A stretch of DNA of 64,000 nt from Chiloscyllium plagiosum. Its lineage: Eukaryota. The first letter of the stretch is position 1. Each line of letters opens with the position of its first letter. The notes under the pieces were generated by a model. It saw only the letters and a list, made by a program, of their open reading frames with translations. It was not told the origin of the DNA and made no database searches. Both the position numbers and the translations under genes were made by a program. Shown piece by piece: positions 12,964-26,822 of this stretch. The stretch lies in contig NC_057736.1 of the NCBI RefSeq assembly GCF_004010195.1, positions 48,596,930 through 48,660,929 on the forward strand, read 5' to 3'.

Positions 12964-13590
12964 TGTCACAAAGCTCATCTTTTTTTTACTAAGAGCTGTT
13001 CCTTGTCTCAAGGAGACACTGTGCTTTGATGTTTCTTTTAGAGGGGCAATAAACCGAGCCAGAGTACGATCAGCCTGGTTTTGTACAGAATTTGAGAAGC
13101 TGTTTGTTGAGATGTAAACAGGTGAGACTTCCAGCCAAAGTGGTCATGCTTTACAAGTGAATGAAAGGGGAATGGTCAGCTCTTTAGCTGGCCATGCTGA
13201 GCAGTTTTATTGTGGTCTGAACTAGGAAGTTCAGCAGGGAACTGTGTGGAAACTCTCTCTCTTTTCTGACTTTGAACTTCAACCTGTAAGCCTGTGTTCC
13301 ATTTATACTGGTTATTAAAAGGAGTTTGCTTATTTGTACTGTTGTGTTTATTTGGAACAGCATAACTTAGTCTCGCCGGGCAGGTTGAGTTCTGTAAGGA
13401 TTCTTTATTCTGTTATTTGTGCTTCATTATTTAATTTTATGAATAATGTTTTGTCGGTTTTAAAATCGATTCATTATGCTATCTTACTCCAGGTAATTTT
13501 CATTGCACATGCACAGGAACAAATTGCAAAGTTAGGGTCGAGGACTACCTGAATAAGAGTGTTTTGAGTGGTCTGGCCCAGGCAATAACA
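12964..13590 (+). repeat. 3' LTR
   Basis: TGT...ACA termini, preceded by a degraded PPT; homologous to 8505-8932. Confidence 0.88.
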
Positions 13591-13914
13591 CTGGTACAGA
13601 TTATTATTTTCCTTCAATTTCACTTTAACTGTGCATTTTCCTGCAGAGATTTCCACACCTGAATATGAACAAATGCCACATGTCTGCCAGCTGAGTTGGA
13701 AACCTATATGGGAATCGATGAGAAGCGACTCAGTTATTTTTTTCTAAATTGCACGGTGCTTATTTAGTGATGCAAAATAGCAGTTTCTAAATACATTGAC
13801 AAAAGATAAAATGCCCCACGAGATGACAAAGTGTAGCGAACTGTACGTAATACCCTTTTGTTCGAGACGTAAAAAGCTCTCCGGCCTGAGGTGCTGTCAT
13901 GTCTCTTTCAGATC

Positions 13915-14010
13915 ATTTTTTAGAATTAGAATCCCTACAGTGTTGGAAGAGGCCCTTGAGCCCAACAGGTCCAAACCGACACTCCGAACTCTATCCCACC
14001 CACAACCATT
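13915..14010 (-). mobile_element. V-SINE/CR1 3' tail fragment
   Basis: TAGAATCCCTACAGTGTTGGAAGAGGCCCTTGAGCCCAAC is the reverse of the SINE tail at ~1920-1957. Confidence 0.65.
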
Positions 14011-14581
14011 ATTGTTGGTGACTGAATCAGAACGAAAGGGTTTCTCAAGAACTGCAGGTGCCTCGATTTTTTGTCTGAGCACAGCCAACCGACACCCGTT
14101 TGGGTTTCTGCTCCTCGTTGATATTAAGAAAAGAAAATTGATTAATTGTCACGCAGTAGCCTGTCTGTCATTTCCTCAGTTTCAGTTCGAACACGGCTTA
14201 TATTTGAGAGTACTCATTTATATTCAAAGTTCTATGAGGTGGCAAGTCAACACGTTCTTCTGAGACTGTAAACTGATTCATTCCTGTTGCTGACTGAATG
14301 AGCTGCCGATATATGAAATATTCTAAAACATGATGCAGGACCTCTGGTGTTGATCCTCGCACGTTGAGAAACAGTAGATAAAATCAAAATGAGACCTGTC
14401 AGAGATTACCATTGATTACATTTCATTGAGAGGGTACATCAGGATTGTGTGGTGTACCAGCAAATAAGATTTTTTCTTGGCTTTGAACCAGGCCACCTTC
14501 GCACGTAAAACAAATGCAGTACTACTGTTACACAAAGGATCATGGTACTGTAACTGCACCCTTAAACAGGCTGGCCATCGA

Positions 14582-15813
14582 TGCTGTGGTTCTGTTCGCC
14601 GAGCTGGAAGTTTTTGTTGAAAACGTTTCGTCCCCTGTCTCGGTGACATCCTCAGTGCTTGGGAGCCTCCTGTGAAGCGCTTCTGTGGTGTTTCCTCCGG
14701 CATTTATAGTGGCCTGTCCCTGCCGCATCCGGTTGTCAGTTTCAGCTGTCCACTGTAGTGGCCGGTATATTGGGTGCAGGTCTATATGTCTGTTGATGGA
14801 GTTTGTGGATGAGTGCCAAGCTTCTAAAAATTCCCTGGCTTTTCTTTGTTTCGCTTGCCCTATAATGGTAGTGTTGTCCCAGTCAAATTCATGTTGCTTG
14901 TCGTCTGCATGTGTGGCTACTAGGGATAGCTGGTCGTGTCGTTTCGTGGCTAGTTGATGTTCGTGGATGCGGATCGTTACCTGTCTTCCTGTTTGTCCTA
15001 TATAGTGTTTTGTGCAGTCCATGCATGGGATTTTGTACGCTACGTTAGTTTTGCTCCTGCTGGGTATCGGGTATCAGTAGTCTGGCTGTCATTTCAGAGA
15101 TGTTCTTGACGTATGGTAGTGTGGCTAGTCCTTTGGGTTGCGGCACACACAGACCAAGTCCTGAACTATGAAAGCAACCACCCCAATACACACAAACGAA
15201 GTTGCATCAAGACACTGTTCAAAAGGGCCACAACACACTGCAGCACACCAGAACTGCAAAAAGAGGAAGAAGAACACCTATACAAGGTATTCGCCAAAAA
15301 CGGATATCCTGCAGAGGATGGGTCCCTGCATAAGAATGTATTTAACTTCTAGCACAACTGATAATCTTAAATCGTTTGTGTAATTTTTAATACACGGAGA
15401 TTGTGCAGCAAGTGTTGTCTTCCCAATCTCAGAATTGCATCTAAGGTTAGACGTTCTTCTGAGTTTTGCAAAGTAAAGTCATAAATATAGGAACAGATTT
15501 TGGCTATTCGGCCCATTGAGTCTACTCAACCATTCGATTGAGGCTGATATGTTTGTCAATCCCATTCTTCTGCCTTCTCCCCGTAATTGCTATGGTTCTG
15601 TTCGCCGTGCTGGAAGTTTTTGTTGCAAACGTTTCGTCCCCTATCTAGGTGACATCCTCCGTGCTTGGGAGCCTCCTGTGAAGGGCTTCTGCGGTGTTTC
15701 CTCCGGCCGGATGTCACCTAGACAGGGGACGAAACGTTTGCAACAAAAACTTCCAGCTCGGCGAACAGAACCACAGCAACGAGCACCCGAGCTACAAATC
15801 TTCTCACAAACTT
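14582..15813. mobile_element. Composite Penelope-like insertion: minus GIY-YIG + pLTR, plus RT-tail piece, non-Penelope filler, palindromic pLTR
   Basis: ORF 14540-15022(-) CTKHYIGQTGR...RIHEH...REFLEAWH; YESNHPNTHKRSCIKTLFKRA at ~15167; flanking direct repeat TGGCCATCGATGCTGT at 14572-14587 and 15814-15829. Confidence 0.9.
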
Positions 15814-16212
15814 TGGCCATCGATGCTGTAGACATCAGCCCATGTTCAAGAACAGGGAGTAAAGAAACATAACAAAGTTTCACAGAACAATTAAATGGCA
15901 TTGCATTCCTTTTCACCACTAGAGCAGATATAGGCGAGCAAATTCAAAGCCAGGTTTACTGATGAGATTAGCATGCATGAAATATTTGTTCAAGTCAATC
16001 CAACAGATTTCCGTTCGGAACACAGCGAATCTGATAACCACTACAGTACGGAAACGAACCCCATCAACTCTGGATGCTCAGAGTCATGCATCACTGATAT
16101 TTTCAGCCATTCAGCACACCATCCTTCTGTTTCCTGTCAATTTATACATTCCAACATTATTGGCATTATTGAGAAATAGAGAGAATGAAGTGAATTTGCT
16201 CGGGTAATATTT

Positions 16213-17750
16213 AGTCATAGAGTCATAAAGACGTACATCATGGAAACAGACCTTACAGTCCAATCCGTCTAAGCCAACCAGATATCCCAACCAAATCTAG
16301 TCCCACTTGCCAGCACCCAGCCCATATCCCTCCAAACCCTTCCTGTTCATATACGCAAACAAATGCCTTTTAAATATTGCAATTGTACCAGCCTCCACCC
16401 CTTCCACTGGCTGCTCATTCCATACACGTACTACGCTCTGTGTAAAAAAAGTTGCCCCTTAGGTCTGCTTAATATTTTTCCCCGCTCACCCGAAACCGTG
16501 CCCTCTAGTTCTGGACTCTCCGACCCCAGGGAAAAGGCTTTGTCTATTTATCGTATCCACGTGCCTCATAATTTTTAACCCTCTATAAGGTCACCCCTCA
16601 GCCTCGGACGCTCCAAGGAGAACAGCCACAGCCTGGTCATATTCTCCCCATAGCTCAAAACTTCCAACCCTGGTAACATCCTTGTTAATCTTTTCTGAAT
16701 ACTTTCAAGTTTCACAACATCTTTTCTATAGTAGGTAGGCCAGAATTGCACGCAATATTCAAACAGTGGCCTAACCAATGTCCTGTTCTGCCGCAACATG
16801 ACCTCACAACTCCTATACTCAATACATGACCAATAAAAGAAAGCAAACCAAAAGCCTTCTTCACTATCCTATCTCTCTGCGACATCACTTTCAAGGAGCT
16901 ATGAGCCTGCACTCCAAGGTCTCTTTGTCCATCAATACTCTCGAGGACCTTACAATTAAGTGTGTAAGTCCTGCTACCATTTGCTTTCCCAAAATGCAGC
17001 ACCTCGCATTTATCTGAACTAAAATTGATCTGCAACCTCTCGGCCCATTGGCTCATCTGATTAAGATTCTGTTGTAATCTGAAGTAACCTTCTTTGCTGT
17101 CCACTACGACTCCAATTTTCGTGTCATCCAAAGTCTTACTAACTGTACCTATTATGCTCGCATCCAAATCATTTGTGTAAATAACAAAATGTAGAGGATT
17201 CAGCACCGATCCTTTTGGCACTCCACTGGTCATAGGCCTCCAGTCTGAAAAACATAATCCTCCTGAACCAACTTCTGTCTTCTACACTTGAGCCAGTTCT
17301 GTATCCAAATGGCTAGTTTTCCCTGTATTCCGTGAGATCTAACCTTGCTCACCAGTCTCCCATGGGGAACCTTGTGGAACGCATTACTGAAGTTCATATA
17401 GATCATATCTACCGCTCTGCTGTCCTCAATCCTCTTCGAAGAAACTCAATCAAGTGTATGAGACAAGTTTTCCTACGCACAAAGCCATTTTGACTATGCC
17501 TAATAAGTCCTTGCCTTTCCAAACACACGTACGTCCTATCCCTCAGAATTCCCTCCAACAAGTTGCCCACCATCGACGTCAGGCTCACTGGTTTATAGTT
17601 CCCTGGTTTGTCCTCACCACCCTACTTAAACAGTGGCACAACGTTAGCCAAACTCCAGTCTTCCAGCACGTCACCTGTGACTTTCGATAATACAAATATC
17701 TCAGTAAGAGGCCCAGCAATCAATTGTCTAGTTTCCCAGAGAATTCTAGA
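16213..17750 (-). mobile_element. CR1 LINE 3' fragment
   Basis: SGVPKGSVLNPLHFVIYTNDL...DDTKIG and LVRPLFEYCVQFWP; (CATAGAGT)-type tail at 16213. Confidence 0.93.
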
Positions 17751-19751
17751 ATTCCAGAGAAATTCAAGAAAAGTTGGAGGATGCGGCAGAGGGAGACGGA
17801 TGTGGAAGAAGAGTCTTCACTGGCCACGAAATATTAACTCTGCTTTCATTTTCCAGATGCTTCCGGATCTGCTGAGATGTTCCAGCAAATTCTGGATTTG
17901 TTATTGTTACAGAAGTTGGGAAAGCGATCTTGGACCAATCAGCGCACTCTGCTCTGACAATGTTTGCCTTCCCCATTCCCTCAGAACACTTCTGTCCCAC
18001 ACTGAAACCTGACAATACTGCTCCTCCATTACCAAGAATAAACTGTTCATTGAGTAAAGCGAAACGGTCACGCAAGAAAATAATTCTTCATGCGAAATGG
18101 GTAATGTTCAGGGAGAGTTCCCTTATGTTTCCTTTGGAACTTTAAGAATCAGTTAATTCTGGTTCAGCTCCATTTAACATCATGCCGCCACTGTCAATCC
18201 TTCCAGGAAGTGGCCATTCTTATTCTGTGACACTGAAGAGTTTGGGTGGGGCAGGGCTGGATTCGGCTGCACCTACGAACTTGTCTATGGCACTGCTAGT
18301 GAAGTGGATACCGTTCGGTGTCCGACTGAATTATGGATGATTTCTCGCAGATGCTACGGTCATATGTTGATCTGAAATAGCTGAGATTCTGTACCTGGGT
18401 GGGCTCGAATTATCAAACATTCAGCCTAAGGCACTTACCAATTGAGACACAGAAACTGACATCAGTATGCCATTTAAAATCTGCTAAAGCAGGTGTCAGA
18501 ACGGATTTGAAGGGCCTTAGGAGGCTGGAGCTCTCACTGTTTTCAAAACCTGCCGCTAATTTTCGCGCTTTCACCACCGACTCTGTCTGAGCAGCCTCAA
18601 GAGCCACCAGCATCCAGTAGGAAAGAGGAAGATCACTATCTCCCTCGATCATTGTTAAGCAACTACCCAGAGTACTTCATCTGTGACTCTGATACCGGTG
18701 AGTTTCAAATCCACGTTTCGCGAGATTCTGGAGCTTAACTCCAGCGCCTTAGAATGCCAAATTTGTTGGGACCAATATTTTCACAAAATTAGAACACAAA
18801 TCAGCCAGATTTGGCAGGAAGAACCATCGATCTTGTCTTTTTAAAAATTATTTCCTAAGTTGTGAGAACTTCAGCATTTGTTCCACCTTCCCAATTGCCC
18901 CTGCGAAGCTGGTGGGGGGCTGTTTGGTGCAATTGCTTCAATCTGACCAACTGCCACGATACTCATTGAAGGAACTATTAAGTCAATATTTCAATCATCC
19001 TCCACTGGACACCTGCAGAGGGATACAGAGATATATCCACTGAGAGCGACAAGTTCCCAAGAAGAGGCAAACACCCACATAACAAGGGAGTTCTCACCTG
19101 GCAAATGATTGAACGATTTTGGGACAGCAACACTTATGCATGTTGCCAGTTGAAGCGAGTTCACATTGTTTATACTGGATTTCTGTGCGTCTCCATTCAA
19201 ATGGAAGGCAGAAGAATCTGCCCAATTAGCACCCGACATTGAGACGTCGAGCTCCATCTCTTTATGAAGTTCCCCTTTGCTGTTCTCTAACGTTTCCTGT
19301 CCCTCTCTTTTCATCCCATTTCACTCCCAAGCCTCTCTCCCGTGTTGTTCCTTGATTGTTGTCTGACTGGGATCTCCAGTTCTGATGTGAAAGTTGAACT
19401 CTCACTCCACTGATTCTGCCAGAGGAGCTGTGATTTGTTAGTTTCAAACATTTTGTAAGTCACCTTCGATGAGAAACTATGCACAAAGTAAAAAAGACAT
19501 CGTTCGTAGGGAACGCACTCTGATCGAAACGAGGACACTAGACCATCAGGAACATTTTTCTGACTCACTGGGTGAGTCATGAAAGTTTCAGCATCGCTTC
19601 ACTTCAATCACTTTCCGTAACGTACAATCAATGAATAACTTGACGGAAGTGAATATACATTGTCAACTTTGGATAACGCAGCAATAACTGGGAATTCAAT
19701 ATTGAGTCAAATGTCACAGGAAACCACGTTATAATCCGAACATATGTATTT

Positions 19752-19905
19752 AAAATCACAAGCTTCTGAGCACTGCTCTGTCATCAGGTATAGTACTTAC
19801 CTGATGAAGGAGCAGCGCTTGGAAAGATTGCGTTATTAAAAACAAACTATTACACAATAAGCTGGTGTCGTGTGACTTCTGACTTTGTCCACCACAATCC
19901 AACTT
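19752..19905. mobile_element. Penelope-derived short repeat with hammerhead core and short inverted arm (third family)
   Basis: TCATCAGGT..ACCTGATGA hairpin; CTGATGA 19801-19807, GAGC-AGC-GCTT stem, GAAAG. Confidence 0.65.
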
Positions 19906-19982
19906 TTCATTTTGGGGATCCCTTTTCTCTCTGGTGCAATGAAACTGTGAAAATCTTTACTGTAGGGAGGTGACTTTTTTTT

Positions 19983-20058
19983 GCTGGTAAAGCGCAGCAG
20001 GTCAGGCAGCACCAAAGGATCAGGAGAATCGACGTTTCAGGCATGAGCCCTTCTTTAG
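19983..20058 (-). mobile_element. Penelope pLTR fragment (same family as 1190-1397)
   Basis: GGCAGCA..AGGAGAATCGACGTTTC..AGCCCTTC. Confidence 0.7.
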
Positions 20059-21499
20059 GGAGCTGTCAGGTTGGGTCGACCAGTATAATCAAGGCTCAAT
20101 CAGACAGTTTTTTTCATAGTTAAGGCAATCAAGAATTATGTGGATAAAGCATGGAATTGGAATCTTAGGCTTACCAAATTATTCATTAGTTCGTGGAATC
20201 TGGCCGACATGATGGGCTGTCTGATGGGTTTTGGCTCCTGCACCTTATTGTCTTATTTAGTGCGTCAAACGTGTCCGCACTAATTATTTGCTCTCCTCAT
20301 TGTCATACTTGCTATCATTTTATCCATGCTCTGATTCTCAGACTGCTTTTGTTCTGAGCTTTAACTGAGTTCCCGCTGCCTGTCCATTTACCAGATTGAT
20401 TCGCTGCTTGGTGTAGTTATAGATGGATGGTAAATCCAAGCTTCTCGTGAAAATGAAGGAGTTGGAATGGACGACACAAAGTGATATGTTTTCAGATGGC
20501 AGTGTATATGACAGAGGACGTTGATTTCTTTTCTGAATCTCCAATGTTAGCTACTAGTTACACGAATTGCACAGTCCCCATTTTACCTTCCACTATTCTC
20601 AGTTTTGTGCATGTTATTAACCTTGTAATGCTGCATACTTTAACACATGTTCTAACTGACATCAATGGTCATGAACTTATCCAAACGGCAAATGCGCTCA
20701 AAGACACATAACAGGCTTCAGGTAAAATCTGGACGGTGTGCTTTCAACTATTTCATTGACTTTCTACGAGTCTGGTTCAAATTCTATGGTGGATTTGACA
20801 AGAAAACGCACGGAAGTCTGAAAACAATAGCAAATAGGTAATAATAGTTGATGGGTATTTTTCAGTATGGTATAGGATTTGTGTGAAAGTTAGCTGCTAT
20901 TGCCATCGGAACTAAATTATATTTTTGGGGTTGTTTGTGTTGCTGTTAATAGAGTACAGGTCAGTTATGAGTCAAATGCATCCAATTTTCTGTTCAATAC
21001 GAAATGTTTTGACGCTCTGTGATATCTCAAAATCAAGCTAGTTCCTTTCATTGTTCATTTTCTCCACAGTCAACCTCTAATACCGTGACTGTAATTCTAG
21101 TGTTTCTGTGTCTTCCCGCATAGTGTCTGCTGAATAATGAAAACGGAAATCAAATACTACGTGTGGTGTCAATCTGAAATTAAAGGCAACATCCTGGAAC
21201 TCCAGAGTCGTGCGATGGGCAGCGAAGGAGAGCTGTGGTTCATGCTTTCAACGAAGTCAATGTGTTCTACAAGTCGTCACCCAGTCTGTGTTTGTCTCCC
21301 CAGTGCAGTGGAGACTGAATTTTGAGGAGCAAATAGAGTAAATTTGCTGAGTCTAAATTAAAGCAACAAATTACCCGATAGCAGGATTCAAACCCGGAAT
21401 GTTACCTCTATCTCTCGATTAATAGTCCAAAGATAATACCGTCTCCCTTCAATATATCCCCTAAAAAAACACAGGCAGGGAGCAACAACAAATTTACTG

Positions 21500-23430
21500 C
21501 AAAAATAGACAAATATATGGCGATTTATACACGCAGGATCCCGCAAGATTCCGAATGTCCATCATCGATAATACAGTGAGCAGTGCACAGGCGTACTGTG
21601 GAATGCTGAATGGAGCATGAGTCGATTGAACGACAAAAAGGGACAGGCGGTTTCTTTTCATTCCACCAACGGTGAAAACATAGCGGATCACAGAGTGCAG
21701 TGGATACGGCAAGTGAATGAAGTCAAAGACAGAAGTGGGAAGTTGAGTGTGGAACCTGTGGAGATCTGACAGCTGCTAAACGAACATTTCTCATTGGTTC
21801 TCACTCAGGAAAAGGAGAATATTTTCGAGGATAAGAATGAAGTACGAGATATTAGACTGGAAATGATCTAGGTTATGTCCGAAAAGGTGTTATCAATTCT
21901 AGAAGGAGTGAAAGTAGTCAAGTTTTCTGGGCCGGATGTGATTTATCCGGAGATTCGTTGGGAAGCGAGGGAGGAGATAGCAGAGCCTTTGTCTTTCATA
22001 TATGAGTCGGCATTGTCCACAGGTTTAGTATCAGACAATTGGAGGATTGCAAATATTGTGCCCTTATTCAAGAACGGCAGTAGTGATGACCCAGATATTT
22101 AGAGACCATTTAGCCTTACTTCTGTTATAGGAAAAGTTTTGGAAATGAGTATAAGAAATAAGATTTATAATCATCTAGCAACAACAATTTGATTTCAATT
22201 AGTCAACATGGTTTCGTCAAAAGCAGGTCGTGTCTCACAAACCTCACTGAGTTTTTGAGAAGGTGACAAAGTATGTAGATGAGGGTCAGGCAGTTGACGT
22301 GGTGAACATGGATTTCAATAACGCATTTGATAAAGATCCACATGGTAGGCTGTTGGAGAAACGCAGATGCATGGAATTGAGGGTGATTTATCAGTTTCGA
22401 TTAGAAACTGGCTTTCTGATGGAAGGCAGCGAGTGGTGGTTGATGGATAATATTCAGCTTGGAACCCGGCGTGCCACAAGAATCTGTTTTGGGGCCACTG
22501 CTGTTTTTCATTTTTTATAAATGATTTAGATGCAGGCATGGGTGGATGGATTAGTAAATTTGCAGATAGCAGTAAAGTCGGTGGAATAATGGACAATTTG
22601 GAAGAATGTTACAGTTTGCAGGGGAACTTGAATAAACTGAAGAATTGGGCTGAGAGATGGCAAAAGACGTTTAATGCAGCTAAACGTAAGGTGGGAAGAA
22701 CAACAAAAAAGGCAGAGTACAGGGTCAATGGAAATATTCTTGGTAGTGTGGATGTGCAGAGGGATCTTGGAGTCCATGTACATAGATCCCTGAAAGTTGC
22801 CACCCAGTTGATAGCGCTGTTAAGAAGGCACATGGTGTGTTAGGCTTTGTTCGTAGAGGGATTGAGTTCGGGAGCCGCAATATCATGCTGCAACTATACA
22901 AAACGCAGGTGTGGCCACACTTGGAATATTGTGTACAGTTCTGGTCGCCATATTTCGGGAAGGATGTGGAAGTATTGGAAAAGGTGCAGAGGGGATTTAC
23001 CAGGACGTTGGCTGGTCTGGAGGGAATGTCTTATGAGGAAAGACTGATAGACTTGGGTCTGTTCTCATTGGAAAGAAGAAGGCTAAGATGAGATTTGATA
23101 GAGACATAAAAGATTATCAGAGGTTTAAATAGGGTAGACAGTGAAAGTCGTTTTCCTATGATGATCTGCCAGCTTTCCCGAGGGGGCATAACTACAATTT
23201 GAGGGGTGATAGATTTAATGCAGATGTCAAAGGCACGTTCTTTACTCAGAGAGTGATAAGAGCCTGGAATGCCTACCTGCCAATTAGGGAGATTTAAACA
23301 ATCCTTGGATATGCGCATGGATGATGATGGGATAATGTAGGGGGATCACCCGAGAATAGTTCACAGGTCAGCGCAACATCGTCGGCAGAAGGGCCTGTTC
23401 TGCGCTATATTGTTCTATAGTCTATGTTCT
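21500..23430 (+). mobile_element. CR1 LINE ORF2 3' half + 3' UTR
   Basis: SGPDVIYPEI, NWRIANIVPLFK, MDFNNAFDKDPH, SKFADSSKVGG, HLEYCVQFWSP; TTCTAT-type tail. Confidence 0.94.
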
Positions 23431-23974
23431 AAGATTGCTCAAATGTTAAAACACGAAGGGCAAACACCTGGGCTCCTGTTTGCATCAAACGGGACGACGG
23501 CTTCGGGATTTATGCCAAGGACTGGCGTCACTACCACCAGCCATCCTTACCAGTAGCAGTTGAAGGCCCAGGTGCTGGCGGGGAGGCATGTGTTGTCGCC
23601 ATTTTTGTGAGGAGCAATGCTTCGAAAGACTGGTCGCCGCTTGTTGCGCATTGTTCAGAATGGAGAGAGCTTGTCCATCAAAAGGAATGGGTCTTTCACA
23701 CCCCAATGAGACAGAGCTTCTGAAGACAAGGAAAGAAAAGGTAGCAACTAGTGTCATCCCGATCCTGTTACCTCATGAGATAAACTGCCCGATGTGACCA
23801 AAGGGTTTTGGCTCTGGTAAGTCACGTGAAGACCGACACCAGTTACTCACTGACTTGATGAGACCTCACCATCGAATGGAAGGTTTGTTGATCACATTTA
23901 GGGGCAGTGTGCAACAAGGAGTGAATGTGGTTGCACTGGTAAAGCAGCAAAGGGACATTATGAGTTTCGGAAGT

Positions 23975-24490
23975 GAAACAGAAGGTGCTGGAGAAACTCA
24001 GTAGGCCTGGAGTCGTTGGTGGACAGAGACGAACAGTGTGATGCTGGAATAGCATAGCCAGCAAAGCAGCATCTGAGGAGCAGGAGAGCTGACATTTCGG
24101 GCTTTAGCCTTTCATCATGAATGAGTCTGGGCTACATGTGGGATCAGTCGGTTCTGTAGGCAGGCGGTAAGGAAGGAAATAGGGGCTGTGGTAACGAGTC
24201 TGCTTCAGGACGTGGATGAAGAGCTTCAGGGTAGAGGAGGTAGCCTGGGTGGTTCAGTGACAGAGAAAGACTCAATCATATCCTTGCAGCGCGAGGAAGA
24301 AAACGTCTTCAAGGTCAGCATCCTTGAAAAATGCTTCGTCAAATGTTAAAATCAACTCGGAGAAAGTGACATCTGCTGATGCTGGAGATCGGAGTCGAGG
24401 ATTGTGATGCTGGAAAAGCGCAGCTGGTGTGGCAGCATCTGAGGGGCAAGAGAGTCGACGTTTCGGGTTAAAGCCCTTCATTAGGAATCA
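23975..24490 (-). mobile_element. Penelope-like element 5' part: pLTR pieces and ORF N-terminus
   Basis: Minus translation LKLFIHVLKQTRYHS..ISFLTACLQNRLIPH; pLTR copies at ~24035-24120 and ~24365-24490. Confidence 0.75.
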
Positions 24491-26822
24491 GGACGGACAG
24501 AGAAACAACATTAACATTTGCAAGTTGATATTGGTGTATTCTGTCCTGGATTGATAATGATAGGTTTCGGATAATTCTTTCTTTCATGCTTGGAAAACCT
24601 TACATTCACACATAAAATCAAACAAATGGAATAATTTGCCTTAGTTCTTACTTTGCATGGCACTGTCTTCTTTAAACTTATTTTCCAGAATATTTGAAGA
24701 GGTTTCACAAACTGGAGGCCCAAACCAAACATCCCGTAGGATTCTATCAGGTTCAGTGCATTCATCAGGTAATGGATTTTATTGGCCTTTGAGTGGAAGT
24801 GTTTACATACCAATCATTACCATACACTGCATATAATTTCTCCATCACTTCCTCCTTGTTAATCTTGTACGAAATCTTAACGTTTTACCCCATGATCAAT
24901 TTTCAATCAGGTGATATGAACATCTTGTGTATATCTAAATTACTGAAACCAAGCATAAATTATTACTGCTCTGTCAATTCTCACTCAAGCTTCAGTTTCT
25001 TCCACACCTGACATATTCCTTAGTCCTGAACTAATCTGTTGAAGGAACCAACCCAATGCTCTGGCTGATCTCTGTATTGCACAGACCCAGATGCTCTGTG
25101 TTCTTGAATGTGATAGCATCGTACGGGAACAATTACAAGATGACATCAGCCACACCTTGAGATATCCTCAATGGTAATGTCATTCCGTAACTCGTGTGTT
25201 TCTGATTTCTTTCAACCTGTTGGCTTCGGGAGGAGAGTTTCAAAATGTAAAGAATGATGCAAGAATATGCTACAAATACATGAAGAGCATAATGGTAATT
25301 AGCCAGAGGATAGGGCCTCGTAAAAATCAAGATGGGTGCCTTTCTGTGGCACCTCATGAGTTGGAAGACATAATTAATGAGTGCTGTGTGTAAATTGTTA
25401 CTGCGGAGAAAGAGGTCGAGTCTGGGGAATTGCAGAAAAATAAATTTTGTAGGAATATCAGAACAATGTGGGAAGTGAGGGTGGAAATTATGACCCTTGC
25501 AGAATTTTTTGCATCACATTTCACTACAAGTGAAGTACCTGATGACTGGAGGTGGCTAATGTTGGACCTTTTTAAAGAAAGATCTACAGGATAAACTGGG
25601 GAACAATAGACCTGTGAGTCGCACGTCGCTGGTGGGTAAACTGTTGGAGCTGGTTATAAAAGATAGGATGTACTAACTATAATGAAGGAAGTTACCCAGA
25701 AGATGCATATTAGCAGATCCGTAGAAATTGTGTACTTGAATTTTACTAAAATTTGACAACATTACGGATTGTGAAATAATTATTAAAGTTAGGTCACATC
25801 GAATTCAGTGTGAGCTTGCCAATTGGACGAAAAATTGGCCTCATGGTAGGAGACAGGAAGTAACGGTGGAGGGTTTCTTTTCGGGAGGAGGCCGATGGCA
25901 AGTGGTTTTCCACAGGGATCAGTTATGCGTCCTTTTTTAACATCTCTTTTATAGAAATGATTGGAATGGTTAGTAGATTTGCAGACGACACCAAAATTGG
26001 TGGCACAGTAGACAGTGAAGAAGTGTTCTTGATTAGAAAGTGTTCTTGACCCAGTGGATCAATTGGTTGAAAATTGGCAAATTGACTTCAACCTGGTCTG
26101 GTATATGTGAGTTATTGCATTTTGGTGCAATGAACGAGGGTGAAGCGGATGCAATTAATGGTGCGTTCTTGGGTAGTGTACAACAGAGGGACCGAGGGGC
26201 ATAATTCTTTGAAGTTTGTGTCACCTAGAGACAGGGTGGTTAAAAACGCATTTGGCAGACTTACCTTCACTTCTCAGTCTTTGAGTTGGGAAGTCATGCT
26301 GAGGTTTTTGAAGGCATTTTCGAGGCCAATTCTGGAACCAGTTATAGTCACCCAGTTATCGGAAAGATATGATCAAGCTGAAGTGGTTTCAGAAGAGTTT
26401 TACCAGGATATTGCTGAATATGGAAGGTTTGAGTTAGAAAGAAAGGTTGGACGAGCAGGTACTGTTTCCACTGGAGTGCAGGAGGTTGAGAGACGACGTG
26501 ATATAAGATTATAACAAATTAAGATGTTGTTTTAAAAAATTCTCAAGGTCAGGTTCGTAGGAGAGTAGTCTGACACAGAACAAACGACCAAGAGGCGAGT
26601 CTGCTAGAATATGGGCATTTTATTCCCCGCAGCGTCGCCACAACCAACGGGTCTGGCTTATACTCACTCTACATGTTACCGGAACTGGGAGCCGTCAGTT
26701 CTCGTAGAGCGGTTGCCAACAACCCACGCTCGGCGGTTAAACGTAACCCCGGAGCAGACTCACCGAACTGGAGACTTTTCCAGCTGATATACTCTTTTCC
26801 AGATATAAACATTCATGTGAAC

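Larger units (their letters stand above)
8505..13590 (+). mobile_element. Decayed Ty3/Gypsy LTR retrotransposon, Gmr1-like (PR-IN-RT-RH order)
   Basis: Protease DTG 9439-9447; integrase HHCC ~10248-10372, IDCVGPLP ~10460, FRGP ~11155; RT WSSPIVMVPKPD ~11645, MPFG, YIVD 11982-11993; RNase H PFKVAIDAS ~12405; PBS-like TTTGGGGGC after the 5' LTR; gag largely deleted; many stops. Confidence 0.93.
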
